Below are positions 26,130-36,494 of a stretch of 42,670 nucleotides of DNA, one piece after another; within the stretch, counting starts at the first letter, position 1, and the number at the start of each line of letters is the position of its first letter. Origin of the DNA: Acidobacteriota bacterium (lineage in GTDB: Bacteria > Acidobacteriota > Terriglobia > 20CM-2-55-15); the NCBI GenBank assembly GCA_003223895.1, contig QHXD01000015.1, positions 441 to 43,110 of the forward strand. The letters run 5' to 3'. The position numbers and the translations under genes are program-made. The notes below the pieces were generated by a model that was not told where the DNA came from, did no database searches, and was given only the letters and a program-made list of their open reading frames with translations.

Positions 26130-26738
26130 TTACCAGATCTCGGTGACGTTGAAAACGAATCCGGGAAGGACAGGATCGCCGCTGATGGTGGTGGGGTTCT
26201 CCAGGGTCTCGAATCGTTGACCGGGACGGTAGATGTACACGTGCTTCTCATAAGGATCGATTAGCCATCCAAGTCGTGCGCCGTTGGCGATGTATTCGGT
26301 CATTTTGGCGTGTAGTTCCGCCAGTGTGTTGCTGGGCGACATCAACTCCAGGGCAAAATCGGGATAGGTATGCGCGAATTTTTCTCTCTCTTCTTTAGGA
26401 ATAGCCTCCCAACGCTCACGAGGCATCCAGGAGGCATCCGGCGCACGGACGGCACCGTTGGGCAGGGTGTAGCCGGCGGTAGGTCCGAGCGCTATTCCTG
26501 TTCCATCCTTTAAAGCCCAGTCCGCAAGGCGGTAAATGATTTTGGTCTCGCGCCAACCGCTCTCGATTCCAGCAGGAGCCATGATGACCAACTCTTTCTG
26601 GGCCGTGAGTTCCATGCTGATTTCGCGATTGTCGCTACAAAGGCGGAAGAATTGTTCCGGAGTTAAGCCGACTGATTTGAGACTCAGGACCAGTCTGCCG
26701 GTCGCAACCTCTTCTTTCGTCAACGGCAAGCGCGCCAT
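26130..26738 (-). CDS. Uma2 family (DUF820) putative endonuclease
   Basis: 202-aa ORF with ELTAQKELVIMAP and PDFALEL...W.IDP segments typical of Uma2 proteins. Confidence 0.75.
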   Translation of the reverse strand: MARLPLTKEEVATGRLVLSLKSVGLTPEQFFRLCSDNREISMELTAQKELVIMAPAGIESGWRETKIIYRLADWALKDGTGIALGPTAGYTLPNGAVRAPDASWMPRERWEAIPKEEREKFAHTYPDFALELMSPSNTLAELHAKMTEYIANGARLGWLIDPYEKHVYIYRPGQRFETLENPTTISGDPVLPGFVFNVTEIW

Positions 26739-26822
26739 TGTTCAACCTCCTGCCCATGATTGTATCGCACGCGATCTTCCCAGTCCCCTATCCTGTCCGA
26801 TGTATCGGAGATAGTGCGAAGC

Positions 26823-27608
26823 ATGGCGATAATGGTGTCCGTTCTCGCAAGTGGAAGCCGGGGCAATGCGACGTTTGTGCGGACGGAACGCGTTCGGCTG
26901 CTCATCGATGCGGGATTGAGCCGCAGGGAAATCGCAAAGCGGTTGGAAGCCATTGGAGAAGATCCGGACGGAATCGACGCTGTGCTGGTCACACACGAGC
27001 ATAACGACCACGCATCCGGAGTAAGAACGCTGGTCAAGGAGCTGCCGCTGACTGCTTACCTGACGTGGGGAACCGGCCGGGCGCTTCAGGCCAGCGAATT
27101 CGAGCTGAACGGATCCCGTATTACGACGATCATACCGGGAGTCGCTTTCACAATTGGTGATGCCGATATCGTTCCGTTTCGCGTCCCCCATGATGCCGCA
27201 GAGCCGGTCGCTTTCAGCATCACCAGCGGCGGCGTGAAAATCACGCAGCTTACCGACGTTGGTTATATGCCCGATCACGTCGCGGCCCGGCTTTCCGGAT
27301 CGCACATGCTGATCCTGGAATCCAACCATGACCTCGAGATGCTTCGCGTTGGTCCGTATCCCTGGAACTTGAAGCAGCGGCTGATGGGCCGGCACGGACA
27401 TCTGTCGAACTACGCGGTCGGGCGTTTCATCCGGGAACAATACGACGGCATGGCCGAGCACGTTGTGCTCGCACACCTGAGCTCAAAAAACAATCATCCG
27501 GAGCTTGCGCGGCAGGAAGCGGCGCGCGCTCTGCGGGATCGGGGCCTCTCGCCGGCCCTTTTGAAACTGACGTCACAGGACCAGCCGACCGATCCGGTTC
27601 AGTTATAG
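26823..27608 (+). CDS. MBL-fold metallo-hydrolase (YycJ-like)
   Basis: The ATG at 26823 gives MAIMVSVLASGSRGNATFV. An HEHNDH (HxHxDH) motif is present. Confidence 0.8.
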   Translation: MAIMVSVLASGSRGNATFVRTERVRLLIDAGLSRREIAKRLEAIGEDPDGIDAVLVTHEHNDHASGVRTLVKELPLTAYLTWGTGRALQASEFELNGSRITTIIPGVAFTIGDADIVPFRVPHDAAEPVAFSITSGGVKITQLTDVGYMPDHVAARLSGSHMLILESNHDLEMLRVGPYPWNLKQRLMGRHGHLSNYAVGRFIREQYDGMAEHVVLAHLSSKNNHPELARQEAARALRDRGLSPALLKLTSQDQPTDPVQL

Positions 27609-27615
27609 TTACAAG

Positions 27616-28905
27616 ATGATACCGCGCTACACACGTCCGCGAATGGGCCGGATCTGGGAAGACCAGAACAAATACCAGCGCTGGCTTGACGTCGAGCTTG
27701 CCGTCACGGAGACGCTGGCACAGGAAGGGATCATCCCCAGGGACGCCGCGGCTGAAATCAAAACCAGGGCCGCATTTTCGGTCGATCGAATCAATGAAAT
27801 AGAAGCGGAAGTGAAACACGACGTGATCGCCTTTACTCAATCGGTGGCGGAATATGTCGGGCCGGCGTCGCGTTATTTTCATTTCGGCCTTACGTCGTCG
27901 GACGTCCTCGACACGGCCATGGCTCTTCAGGTGGCTGAAGCCTCCACCATCATTCTCGAAGACATTCAACGGCTGCTCGATGTTCTGAAGAAACGCGCGC
28001 ATGAATTCAAGACAACCGTGATCGTCGGCCGGACTCACGGGATTCATGCGGAACCAACGACATTTGGATTGAAGCTGGCGCTGCTGTACGACGAAGTTGG
28101 ACGCCAGCAGGGACGATTCAAGGAAGCGGTCGAAACCATGCGTGTCGGAAAGCTCTCCGGCGCGGTCGGCACTTTCGCGCATCTTTCTCCCGATACCGAG
28201 GAGAAAGTGATGCGCAAGCTGAACCTGAAACCGGCGCCGGCCGCCTCGCAAGTCATTCAGCGCGATCGTCATGCGCACTACATTTCATCGCTTGCCCTGA
28301 TCGCCACAACGCTCGAGAAGATCGCGCTCGAAATAAGACACCTGCAGCGGACGGAAGTGCGGGAGGCCGAGGAATACTTGTCGGCCGGGCAAAAGGGCTC
28401 GTCCGCAATGCCGCACAAACGCAACCCGATCACATCCGAGCAGATAGCGGGGTTGGCGCGTGTGCTTCGCAGCAATGCAATGGCGGCCATGGAGAACGTC
28501 GCACTCTGGCATGAGCGGGACATTTCGCATTCGTCTGTGGAGCGCATCATCTTCCCGGATTCGACTATCCTGACTGATTACCTGCTCGACAAAACGGCAA
28601 CGCTCATCGAAAGGCTCGTCGTGTATCCGGATCGGATGAAGGAGAATCTCGAACTGACTCACGGGCTGATCTATTCTGGCGAGTTGCTGCTGGAACTCGT
28701 CGCCAGGGGTGTCACGCGCGAGGATGCGTACCGCTGGGTTCAACGGAATGCGATGCGCGTCTGGGACGAGGGCGGAACTTTCAAGGAGAAGGTCCTGAAC
28801 GACGCCGACATCAAGCAGAAACTGACGGCGGCTGATGTCGACAAGGTTTTTGATTCGAGCCGGCTGCTGGCGAACGTGGATCGAATCTTCCAGAGGGTCT
28901 TTTAA
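27616..28905 (+). CDS. purB: Adenylosuccinate lyase
   Basis: It starts MIPRYTRPRM and has GRTHGIHAEPTTFG and GSSAMPHKRNP signature segments. Colinear with B. subtilis PurB as recalled. Confidence 0.95.
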   Translation: MIPRYTRPRMGRIWEDQNKYQRWLDVELAVTETLAQEGIIPRDAAAEIKTRAAFSVDRINEIEAEVKHDVIAFTQSVAEYVGPASRYFHFGLTSSDVLDTAMALQVAEASTIILEDIQRLLDVLKKRAHEFKTTVIVGRTHGIHAEPTTFGLKLALLYDEVGRQQGRFKEAVETMRVGKLSGAVGTFAHLSPDTEEKVMRKLNLKPAPAASQVIQRDRHAHYISSLALIATTLEKIALEIRHLQRTEVREAEEYLSAGQKGSSAMPHKRNPITSEQIAGLARVLRSNAMAAMENVALWHERDISHSSVERIIFPDSTILTDYLLDKTATLIERLVVYPDRMKENLELTHGLIYSGELLLELVARGVTREDAYRWVQRNAMRVWDEGGTFKEKVLNDADIKQKLTAADVDKVFDSSRLLANVDRIFQRVF

Positions 28906-28946
28906 CCACGACGACACAAGGACATGGAGAAATGTTACGATCAGCC

Positions 28947-29177
28947 ATGAAAGCGACTGTCATTGTTTCATTGAAACCCACGGTTCTCGATCCTCAGGGC
29001 ATGACGATCCATCGAAGCCTCGCTTCACTCGGCCTGACGAATATCAGTGATGTGCGGCAGGGCAAGATCTTCGACGTGAGCATCAAGGATGGAGCCTCGC
29101 GCCAGGAGGTGGAACGGCTCGCGAAAGAAGTTTTGACGAATCCTGTGATCGAGGAATATCGAATCATCTGGGAGTGA
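28947..29177 (+). CDS. purS: Phosphoribosylformylglycinamidine synthase subunit PurS
   Basis: MKATVIVSLKPTVLDPQG aligns with the PurS N-terminus (MYKVKVYVSLKESVLDPQG in B. subtilis). The ORF-track start is 28932. Confidence 0.88.
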   Translation: MKATVIVSLKPTVLDPQGMTIHRSLASLGLTNISDVRQGKIFDVSIKDGASRQEVERLAKEVLTNPVIEEYRIIWE

Positions 29178-29273
29178 CAGGGCGTGGGGGGACCGGCCAT
29201 TGCCCAATCAAAAAGGCCGCGAAGCGGTGTACCGAAATGGGCTGGCCGGTGGGCCCGACGCTAAGGAGATGCC

Positions 29274-29972
29274 ATGAAATTCGGTGTTGTTATATTTCCG
29301 GGATCGAACTGCGAACACGATTGCTATTACGTGGTCGAGTCCGTGATCGGACAGCCTGTCGAATTCATCTGGCATCAGGACACATCTGTGAAGGGGTTCG
29401 ATGCCGTGATTCTGCCCGGCGGATTTGCCTATGGCGATTACCTGCGGACCGGTGCACTGGCGAAGTTCTCGCCTGTGATGAAGGCCATCGGAGATTTCGC
29501 GAAGCAGGGCGGCCTGGTTTTCGGCATCTGCAACGGTTTTCAGATCCTGGCAGAAGCGGGATTATTGCCTGGGGCTCTGCTGCGCAATGTCGGACTGAAA
29601 TATGTGTGCAAGTTCCTGCACCTGCGCACTGAGACCACGGACACGCCCTATTCGAATATCTTGAAAAAGAACCAGCTGCTTCGAATTCCTGTCGGCCATG
29701 GCGATGGAAACTACTTCGCGGATCCGGAAACACTGAAACGTATCGAAGACAACGGCCAGGTGGTTTTCCGTTACGCGACGGCGAGTGGCGAAATCACGCC
29801 TGAAGCGAATCCCAACGGTTCACTCCACAACATTGCCGGAATTGTAAACGAACAGCGCAACGTGCTCGGAATGATGCCGCATCCCGACCGCTCCAGCGAA
29901 AGCCTTCTGGGCAGCGCCGACGGTAAATTGATTTTTGAATCGATGGTTAACGCATTGGTCCGCGCCGGCTAA
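29274..29972 (+). CDS. purQ: Phosphoribosylformylglycinamidine synthase glutaminase subunit PurQ
   Basis: It has FPGSNC, GICNGFQ (nucleophile Cys) and MMPHPDR. AAGGAG lies upstream of the ATG. Confidence 0.95.
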   Translation: MKFGVVIFPGSNCEHDCYYVVESVIGQPVEFIWHQDTSVKGFDAVILPGGFAYGDYLRTGALAKFSPVMKAIGDFAKQGGLVFGICNGFQILAEAGLLPGALLRNVGLKYVCKFLHLRTETTDTPYSNILKKNQLLRIPVGHGDGNYFADPETLKRIEDNGQVVFRYATASGEITPEANPNGSLHNIAGIVNEQRNVLGMMPHPDRSSESLLGSADGKLIFESMVNALVRAG

Positions 29973-29983
29973 AGCCGGCGCGG
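29960..29983 (+). other. 10-bp GC-rich hairpin with TAAA loop whose loop supplies the purQ stop codon
   Basis: ccgcgccggc-taaa-gccggcgcgg. The TAA at 29970-29972 is the purQ stop. The purL ATG is 15 nt downstream of the hairpin. Confidence 0.5.
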
Positions 29984-29997
29984 CCGGAAGGGCTTCA

Positions 29998-32157
29998 ATG
30001 GTCTCAGAAGAACTTCTAACGCAGCACAACCTGACCGAAAGCGAGTACCAGAAGATCGTCGACATCCTGAAGCGCCAGCCGACCCTGACGGAACTTGGAA
30101 TCTTCAGCGTCATGTGGAGCGAGCACTGCAGCTACAAAAGCTCGCGCGTTCATCTGCGGCGCCTTCCCACCCGCGGGCCCGCGGTGCTTCAGGGTCCAGG
30201 CGAAAACGCAGGCATCATTGACATTGGCGATGGTCTGGCCGTCGCTTTCAAGATTGAATCGCACAATCATCCTTCGTTCATCGAGCCTTTTCAGGGCGCG
30301 GCAACCGGAGTGGGCGGTATTCTGCGGGATATCTTCACGATGGGTGCGCGGCCGATCGCTGCGATGAACAGCTTGCGATTCGGTCCGCTCCACAAACAGC
30401 AGAACAAACGAATACTCGAAGGCGTTGTAGGCGGCATTGCATTCTACGGAAATTGTTTTGGTGTGCCGACCGTCGGGGGCGAAATCTACTTCGCGGATTG
30501 CTATTCGCAGAACCCGCTGGTGAATGCTTTCGCCCTGGGGATTTTTGAAAAGGACAAGATCTTCTACGGGCGCGCACACGGTGTGGGCAATCCCGTCATC
30601 TATGTGGGCGCGAAGACCGGCCGTGACGGTATTCACGGCGCGACCATGGCATCGGCCGGTTTCGGCGAGGATGCCGGGGCCAAGCGGCCAAATGTTCAGA
30701 TCGGCGACCCGTTCATGGAAAAGCTGCTGCTCGAGGCCTGCCTCGAAGCCATGCAAAAGGGGTTGATCGTCGGCATCCAGGACATGGGAGCCGCCGGCCT
30801 GACCTGCTCGAGCTGCGAAATGGGGGCACGAGCCGGGACGGGTGTCGAGCTGGAGCTCGATGATGTGCCGCAGCGCGAATCCGAAATGACGGCCTACGAG
30901 ATCATGCCCAACAAGAAGAAGGAAAAAGAAGTCTTCGACGTCTTCCACAAGTGGGGACTCGATGTCGTCACCGTCGGCCGCGTGACCGATGATGGACTGC
31001 TGCGGGTCCGGCAGCACGGAAAAGTCGTTGCAGAAATCCCTAATGGCGCACTGGCCGACGACGCCCCCCTTTATCAGCGGCCGCTGTTGCCGCCCAAATC
31101 CATCATTTCTTCACGCCTGGAGCACTACAGTTTTCTGGATGGTTGCGAGCCCGCAATGATCGAAAGTTTCCTTTCCGCCAACCCGGACTGCAGCCGGCTT
31201 CTGAAACTCGCCGTTTCGTCTCCCAATCTTGCGTGCCGCCAATGGGTCTGGGAACAGTACGACCACATGGTTCAATCCAATACCATGGTGGGACCTGGTT
31301 CGGACGCCGCCGTTGTTAGAGTGAAAGGCACAAAGAAGGCGTTGGCGATGACCCTGGATGGCCCCGCTTATCGAGTTGCACGGCATCCTCGGGAAGGTGC
31401 GAAACTGGCAGTCGCGGAATCATGCCGCAACATCGTATGTGCAGGCGGGCGCCCGATAGCCGCAACGAATTGTCTGAATTTCGGGAACCCGGAGCATCCG
31501 GAGGTGATGTGGCAATTCAGCGAGGTCGTCGACGGAATGAGCGAGGCGTGCAACTTTTTTGGGACGCCGATCACAGGCGGCAACGTGAGTTTCTATAACG
31601 AAACATTTGGCGACGACATTTATCCCACGCCGGTTTTGGGTATGGTCGGATTGATCGAAGATCTTTCGCTCGTGACCCGATCGGCGTTTCAGGACTCCGG
31701 CGACTCCATCGTCTTCGTCGAAACCGTAAACCGTCTGGTGGGAAGAATCGATCTTGAAGACGAACGTGCAATTCAAAATTTCATTTCCTCCGCAATTCGC
31801 GATCGGCTGGTGAAGTCCGCCCACGATATCAGTGAAGGCGGGCTTGCCGTGGCTCTGGCCGAATGTTGTTATTCGAATTTTCAGCGCGGCGCGATCGGCG
31901 CCGAAGTGCGGGTTCCCTCGCACCTGGAACTCGTCAAGGACTTGTTCGGGGAATTCGCAACGGGCGTTCTGCTGAGCACCATCCATGCTGCAGAGCTTTG
32001 CAGGCGCGCCGAACAGGTGGGTTTGAAATCTTACGATCTCGGAAAGGTCGGCGGTAACCGGCTGATCCTGAACTACGAAGGCGAGCGCGCGGTAGATATC
32101 GCGATGGATGAGCTGGAATCCGCGTGGCGACAGGGTCTGCCGAAGCTGTTATCATGA
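29998..32157 (+). CDS. purL: Phosphoribosylformylglycinamidine synthase subunit PurL (apparently lacking the SESQERM segment)
   Basis: I chose the ATG at 29998 ([12 protein letters not shown]). It has [21 protein letters not shown] and [13 protein letters not shown] motifs. GGAAGGG lies upstream of the ATG. Confidence 0.9.
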   Translation: MVSEELLTQHNLTESEYQKIVDILKRQPTLTELGIFSVMWSEHCSYKSSRVHLRRLPTRGPAVLQGPGENAGIIDIGDGLAVAFKIESHNHPSFIEPFQGAATGVGGILRDIFTMGARPIAAMNSLRFGPLHKQQNKRILEGVVGGIAFYGNCFGVPTVGGEIYFADCYSQNPLVNAFALGIFEKDKIFYGRAHGVGNPVIYVGAKTGRDGIHGATMASAGFGEDAGAKRPNVQIGDPFMEKLLLEACLEAMQKGLIVGIQDMGAAGLTCSSCEMGARAGTGVELELDDVPQRESEMTAYEIMPNKKKEKEVFDVFHKWGLDVVTVGRVTDDGLLRVRQHGKVVAEIPNGALADDAPLYQRPLLPPKSIISSRLEHYSFLDGCEPAMIESFLSANPDCSRLLKLAVSSPNLACRQWVWEQYDHMVQSNTMVGPGSDAAVVRVKGTKKALAMTLDGPAYRVARHPREGAKLAVAESCRNIVCAGGRPIAATNCLNFGNPEHPEVMWQFSEVVDGMSEACNFFGTPITGGNVSFYNETFGDDIYPTPVLGMVGLIEDLSLVTRSAFQDSGDSIVFVETVNRLVGRIDLEDERAIQNFISSAIRDRLVKSAHDISEGGLAVALAECCYSNFQRGAIGAEVRVPSHLELVKDLFGEFATGVLLSTIHAAELCRRAEQVGLKSYDLGKVGGNRLILNYEGERAVDIAMDELESAWRQGLPKLLS

Positions 32158-32175
32158 AAAGCCTGGAGTAACTCA

Positions 32176-33544
32176 ATGTGTGGAATCTTTGGGATCGCGA
32201 ATCATTCCGACCCGGCCCGAATGGCATATCTCGGCCTTTATGCTCTGCAACACCGCGGCCAGGAAAGCACTGGTATGTCTTCGTCTGACGGCAATCAAGT
32301 GTACACGCACAAGGCGATGGGCTATGTCGCCGACGTCTATGACGAGGATGTTTTCGCGAAGCTCAAGGGCTCGAACGCCATCGGTCATACGCGTTATTCC
32401 ACGGCCGGCGAGAGCAGCGAGGGTAATGCGCAGCCTATCGTTGTGAAATGCACCTACGGAACAGTTGCGCTCGTTCACAACGGGAACCTGATCAATGCCG
32501 TCGGCCTGCGTAAGGAACTCGAACGGCAGGGAGCCATCTTCCAGTCCACCAGCGACAGTGAAGTCATTCTTCACCTTTTGGCGCGATCGCAAACCCATGA
32601 CCTCCTGGATGCGCTGGCCGAGACGCTGGCAAAGGTTCAAGGGGCCTTTTCGCTTCTGCTGCTGACCGAAGATGCGCTGATCGGGGTGCGCGATCCGAAC
32701 GGCTTCCGTCCTTTGTCTATCGGGAAATTTCGATCTCATCGGGGCAACTTATCTTCGCGAGGTGGAACCGGGCGAAATTGTTCACATCCGCGGTGAGGAA
32801 CTGCGGTCCGTCAGGGCGCTGCACGCGCCGAGGCTTGCCAAATGTATTTTCGAGCACGTCTATTTCTCGCGTCCGGACAGCATCGTGTTCGGACGGACGG
32901 TTCAGACCAGCCGTGACCTGATGGGACGGATTCTCGCCGAGGAAAGTCCTGTCGATGCCGATCTCGTCGTGCCGATTCCCGACTCCGGGGTATCTGCGGC
33001 GATTGGATATTCGCAGCAATCCGGCATTCCATTCGCCTTCGGATTGATTCGTAACCACTACGTCGGCCGCACATTCATCGAGCCGAAAACGACGATTCGG
33101 CACTTTGGTGTGAAGGTGAAACTGAATCCGATTAAAGAGCTGCTGACCGGGAAGCGCGTGGTCCTCATCGATGATTCCATCGTCCGTGGAACGACCAGCC
33201 GGAAAATCGTCAAGATGGTGCGCGCCGCGGGCGCGAAAGAAGTCCACATGCGGATCAGTTGCCCGCCGACGCTGTCTCCCTGCTTTTACGGAATCGATAC
33301 GCCCACGAAGAAAGAACTGATCGCATCCAGCCACACCGTCCAGGAAATCTGCAAATACATCGAAGCCGACTCGCTCGCATATCTGAGCCTGCCCGGCTTG
33401 ATACGCGCGGTCGGCGGAAAAGAAAACGAGTTCTGCACCGCGTGCTATACCGGCCAATATCCGCTGGACTTTGCGGATATGTTCCCCGATGCGAAGGCCG
33501 AGGATCGGCAGCTCGATCTGTGGGAAGCCAGCTTGAAGGAATGA
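32176..33544 (+). pseudogene. purF: Amidophosphoribosyltransferase PurF, interrupted by an internal deletion plus +1 frame change near 32727-32731
   Basis: The N-terminal ORF (32176-32796) starts MCGIFGI and matches PurF up to [13 protein letters not shown], then reads out of frame to a stop. The second ORF (32762-33544) continues PurF, and its frame reads [18 protein letters not shown] from 32729. The intervening G-D-x-Y-V-x-A-S-E-T-C-A segment is absent. Confidence 0.75.
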
Positions 33545-33564
33545 GAAGGCGCGGCTTATAACGC

Positions 33565-34587
33565 ATGGGCATTACGTATAAAGATTCCGGCGTCGACATC
33601 GATGCTTCAAACGCAGCGAAGAAGCGCATTCGAGAACTGGCGCGGAATACCTTCACGCCCGGGGTTCTTTCCGACATCGGCTCGTTCGGGGGAATGTTCG
33701 CCTGCGACTTTGGCGGTTTAAAGAATCCGGTGCTCGTTTCCAGCACGGATGGGGTCGGCACTAAGCTGAAAATCGCGGTCATGATGAACCGGCACACTAC
33801 AGTCGGGGCGGATCTTGTCAATCACTGCGTCAACGACATTCTTGTACAGGGCGCGCGGCCGCTTTTCTTCATGGATTACGTCGCTACCGGGCGGCTCGAC
33901 GCCGACGTTATCGTCTCCGTTGTCGAAGGTGTTGCGCGAGGTTGCAAAGAGGCCGGCTGCGCCCTGATCGGTGGTGAGACGGCCGAAATGCCGGGCTTTT
34001 ATGCGGACGGCGAATATGAGGTCGCCGGCTTCATCGTTGGCATCGTCGATCGCTCCCGGATTCTCGATGGGAAGTCCATTCGCCACGGCGACCTGCTTAT
34101 TGGCCTGCCTTCGGTTGGCCTTCACACAAATGGATATTCATTAGCACGAAAGGTGTTCTTCGAACTGGCGAAGCTCACGCCGAACTCACGGGTTGATGGC
34201 CTGGAAGGCACGGTGGGGGATGAATTGTTGAAACCGCACGTCAATTATGAGCCGATCGTTCGGGTCGCGCTGGCTCGGAATCTTGTCGAGAGACTCGCTC
34301 ACATTACCGGCGGCGGTATTACAGAGAACCTGAATCGGATTCTTCCCGACAATTGTCAGGCCGAAGTGCGGCCTGGATCGTGGCCGGTGTTGCCGCTCTG
34401 CCAGCTGATGGCGAGGCTGGGCGGGATCGAACGCGATGAGATGCTGCGCTCGACGAACATGGGCATCGGCATGGTGATTGTCGTTCGTCCCTCGAATCTG
34501 GCGGCGTTGACGGCCACGTTGAGCACGCCCTGGTATCAGATCGGACAGATCATTCCCGGAGAACCGCGGGTTACCTACCGTTCATGA
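33565..34587 (+). CDS. purM: Phosphoribosylformylglycinamidine cyclo-ligase
   Basis: It has YKDSGVDID, STDGVGTKL, GGETAEMPG and HITGGG motifs. Confidence 0.95.
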   Translation: MGITYKDSGVDIDASNAAKKRIRELARNTFTPGVLSDIGSFGGMFACDFGGLKNPVLVSSTDGVGTKLKIAVMMNRHTTVGADLVNHCVNDILVQGARPLFFMDYVATGRLDADVIVSVVEGVARGCKEAGCALIGGETAEMPGFYADGEYEVAGFIVGIVDRSRILDGKSIRHGDLLIGLPSVGLHTNGYSLARKVFFELAKLTPNSRVDGLEGTVGDELLKPHVNYEPIVRVALARNLVERLAHITGGGITENLNRILPDNCQAEVRPGSWPVLPLCQLMARLGGIERDEMLRSTNMGIGMVIVVRPSNLAALTATLSTPWYQIGQIIPGEPRVTYRS

Positions 34588-35201
34588 GAATCCAGCCGGC
34601 CAACCGCAGGCTCGGCATTCTTCTTTCCGGCCGAGGCTCCAATTTCGAAGCGATCGCGGATCGCATTGCGTCGGGCAAACTGAACGCCGAGATCGCCGTG
34701 GTTATCAGCAACATCGAATCGGCGCCGGGTTTCGAGCGGGCGCGGGCGAGGGGGCTGACGACTGTATACATTCCGTCGCAGCGGCGTCCGAGGGAGGAAT
34801 TCGATCGCGAAGTTGTTGAGCAACTTCGAAAACACAATGTCTCGCTGGTCGTGTTGGCCGGCTTTATGCGGCTTCTGAGCCGTGTTTTCCTCGAGGCATT
34901 CCCGTACGGTATCCTCAATATTCACCCAGCGCTCCTGCCGGCTTTCCCTGGAATGGACGTTCAGCGGCAGGCGCTGGAATATGGGGCGAAGTTCAGCGGT
35001 TGCACGGTTCACTTCGTCGATGACACGCTGGACGGCGGGCCGATCATCCTTCAGGCCGTGGTGCCCGTTCGGGACGATGACACGACGGAAACGCTTTCGG
35101 CCCGAATCCTGAAGGAAGAACACCGGATCTATTCGGAGGCGATAGATCTTGTCCTGTCCGGCCATTGTGAGATCGAGAGCAGACGCGTCCTTGTTAAATG
35201 A
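34584..35201 (+). CDS. purN: Phosphoribosylglycinamide formyltransferase
   Basis: It has ILLSGRGSN, NIHPALLP and GCTVHFVD motifs. There is an ATGA overlap with the purM stop. Confidence 0.93.
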   Translation: MRIQPANRRLGILLSGRGSNFEAIADRIASGKLNAEIAVVISNIESAPGFERARARGLTTVYIPSQRRPREEFDREVVEQLRKHNVSLVVLAGFMRLLSRVFLEAFPYGILNIHPALLPAFPGMDVQRQALEYGAKFSGCTVHFVDDTLDGGPIILQAVVPVRDDDTTETLSARILKEEHRIYSEAIDLVLSGHCEIESRRVLVK

Positions 35202-35207
35202 AGTCAA

Positions 35208-36440
35208 ATGAGAGATTTCAAAACAATTCCAGCCGAGGAACAGCTCGCACAGATCCGTCGTGGCAGTGTTGAAATCATCCGCGAAGAGGAGCTGGTCGAA
35301 AAATTGAAGCGCGCCCAGAAAACGGGCAAGCCGTTACGCGTCAAAGCCGGCTTCGATCCCACGGCGCCCGATCTTCATGTCGGCCACACTGTTCTGATCC
35401 GAAAGATGAAACATTTCCAGGATCTGGGTCACACTGCAATCTTCCTCATTGGTGACTTCACCGGACTCATCGGCGATCCATCTGGCCGCTCGGCAACCCG
35501 GAAGCAGCTTACGAAAGAACAGGTGCTGGAAAATGCGGAAACCTACAAGCTGCAAATCTTCAAAATTCTGGACCCGGACAAGACCGTCATCGATTTCAAC
35601 AGCCGGTGGCTCATGGCTCTGGGGTCCGATGGGTTCATTCGCCTGGCAGCCAAATACACTGTCGCGCGCATTCTCGAACGTGAAGACTTTTCCAATCGGT
35701 TGAAAAACCAGCTGCCTATTGCGATGCACGAGATTTTGTATCCGATCGTTCAAGGATATGACTCGGTCGCTCTGAAAGCCGACGTCGAGCTCGGAGGTAC
35801 AGACCAGAAGGTCAATCTGCTGGTGGGCCGCGATCTTCAGCGCGAGTACGGCCAGGAATCCCAGATCGTGCTTACGATGCCGCTGCTTGAAGGCCTGGAC
35901 GGGGTGCAGAAAATGAGCAAGTCGCTTGGAAATTACATCGGTATCAACGAAGATCCGAAGGATCAATTCGGCAAGGTCATGTCTATTTCTGACGAGCTTA
36001 TGTTCCGCTATTACGAGCTCCTGACAGAAATTCCCCTGGCCGAAATCCAGACACTACGCCGGGAGATCGCCTCCGGCAAACGACATCCGATGGAAATCAA
36101 AGGAGATTTGGCTGTCCGCATCATTACGGATTACCACGGTGCCGACGCCGCAAACGCAGCACGGGAGGAATTCAATCGAATCTTCAGAAAGCGGGAGATT
36201 CCGGAAGACATCGAAACGAAAGAGATCTCTCTGGGGTCAGGCCCCATGCGCCTCAGCAAACTCATGGCCGCCGTCAATCTCGCCCCTTCGGTCACCGAGG
36301 CCCAGCGCCTGCTTGAGTCCGGGGCGGTCCACATGAACGATCAACGCATAACGGATGTCAAGGCGGAGATCTCCGCTCCCGGCGAGTATTTCTTCAAGGT
36401 TGGGAAGCGGCGCTTCCTTCGGCTGCTCGTCCGCGACTGA
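35208..36440 (+). CDS. tyrS: Tyrosine--tRNA ligase (type with C-terminal S4-like domain)
   Basis: It has an HVGH (HIGH) motif, a KMSKS motif and GGTDQ. Confidence 0.93.
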   Translation: MRDFKTIPAEEQLAQIRRGSVEIIREEELVEKLKRAQKTGKPLRVKAGFDPTAPDLHVGHTVLIRKMKHFQDLGHTAIFLIGDFTGLIGDPSGRSATRKQLTKEQVLENAETYKLQIFKILDPDKTVIDFNSRWLMALGSDGFIRLAAKYTVARILEREDFSNRLKNQLPIAMHEILYPIVQGYDSVALKADVELGGTDQKVNLLVGRDLQREYGQESQIVLTMPLLEGLDGVQKMSKSLGNYIGINEDPKDQFGKVMSISDELMFRYYELLTEIPLAEIQTLRREIASGKRHPMEIKGDLAVRIITDYHGADAANAAREEFNRIFRKREIPEDIETKEISLGSGPMRLSKLMAAVNLAPSVTEAQRLLESGAVHMNDQRITDVKAEISAPGEYFFKVGKRRFLRLLVRD

Positions 36441-36494
36441 TGGAATCTCGAGTGCTAGTACGTTATCGGCTTTTTGAGCCGGAAGGGCACTCGA

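Noticed and set aside
26796-26809. 14-nt palindrome, TCCGATgtATCGGA, in the divergent Uma2/MBL promoter region as a candidate operator
   Set aside because: It is short and a single occurrence, with no known cognate regulator nearby. It cannot be distinguished from chance.
27427-28278. 283-aa minus-strand ORF; similar long antisense ORFs occur at 30016-31017, 37859-38758, 32717-33457 and 35334-35966
   Set aside because: Each is antisense to a well-supported pur, ALDH or tyrS gene and has no recognisable domain. All are treated as spurious.
35202-35207. T-box or other leader upstream of tyrS
   Set aside because: Only 6 nt separate purN and tyrS, which leaves no room for a leader RNA.
36441-36494. 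Possible intrinsic terminator after tyrS (cggct-ttttg-agccg)
   Set aside because: The stem is only 5 bp and no downstream U-tract follows. This is too weak to call.
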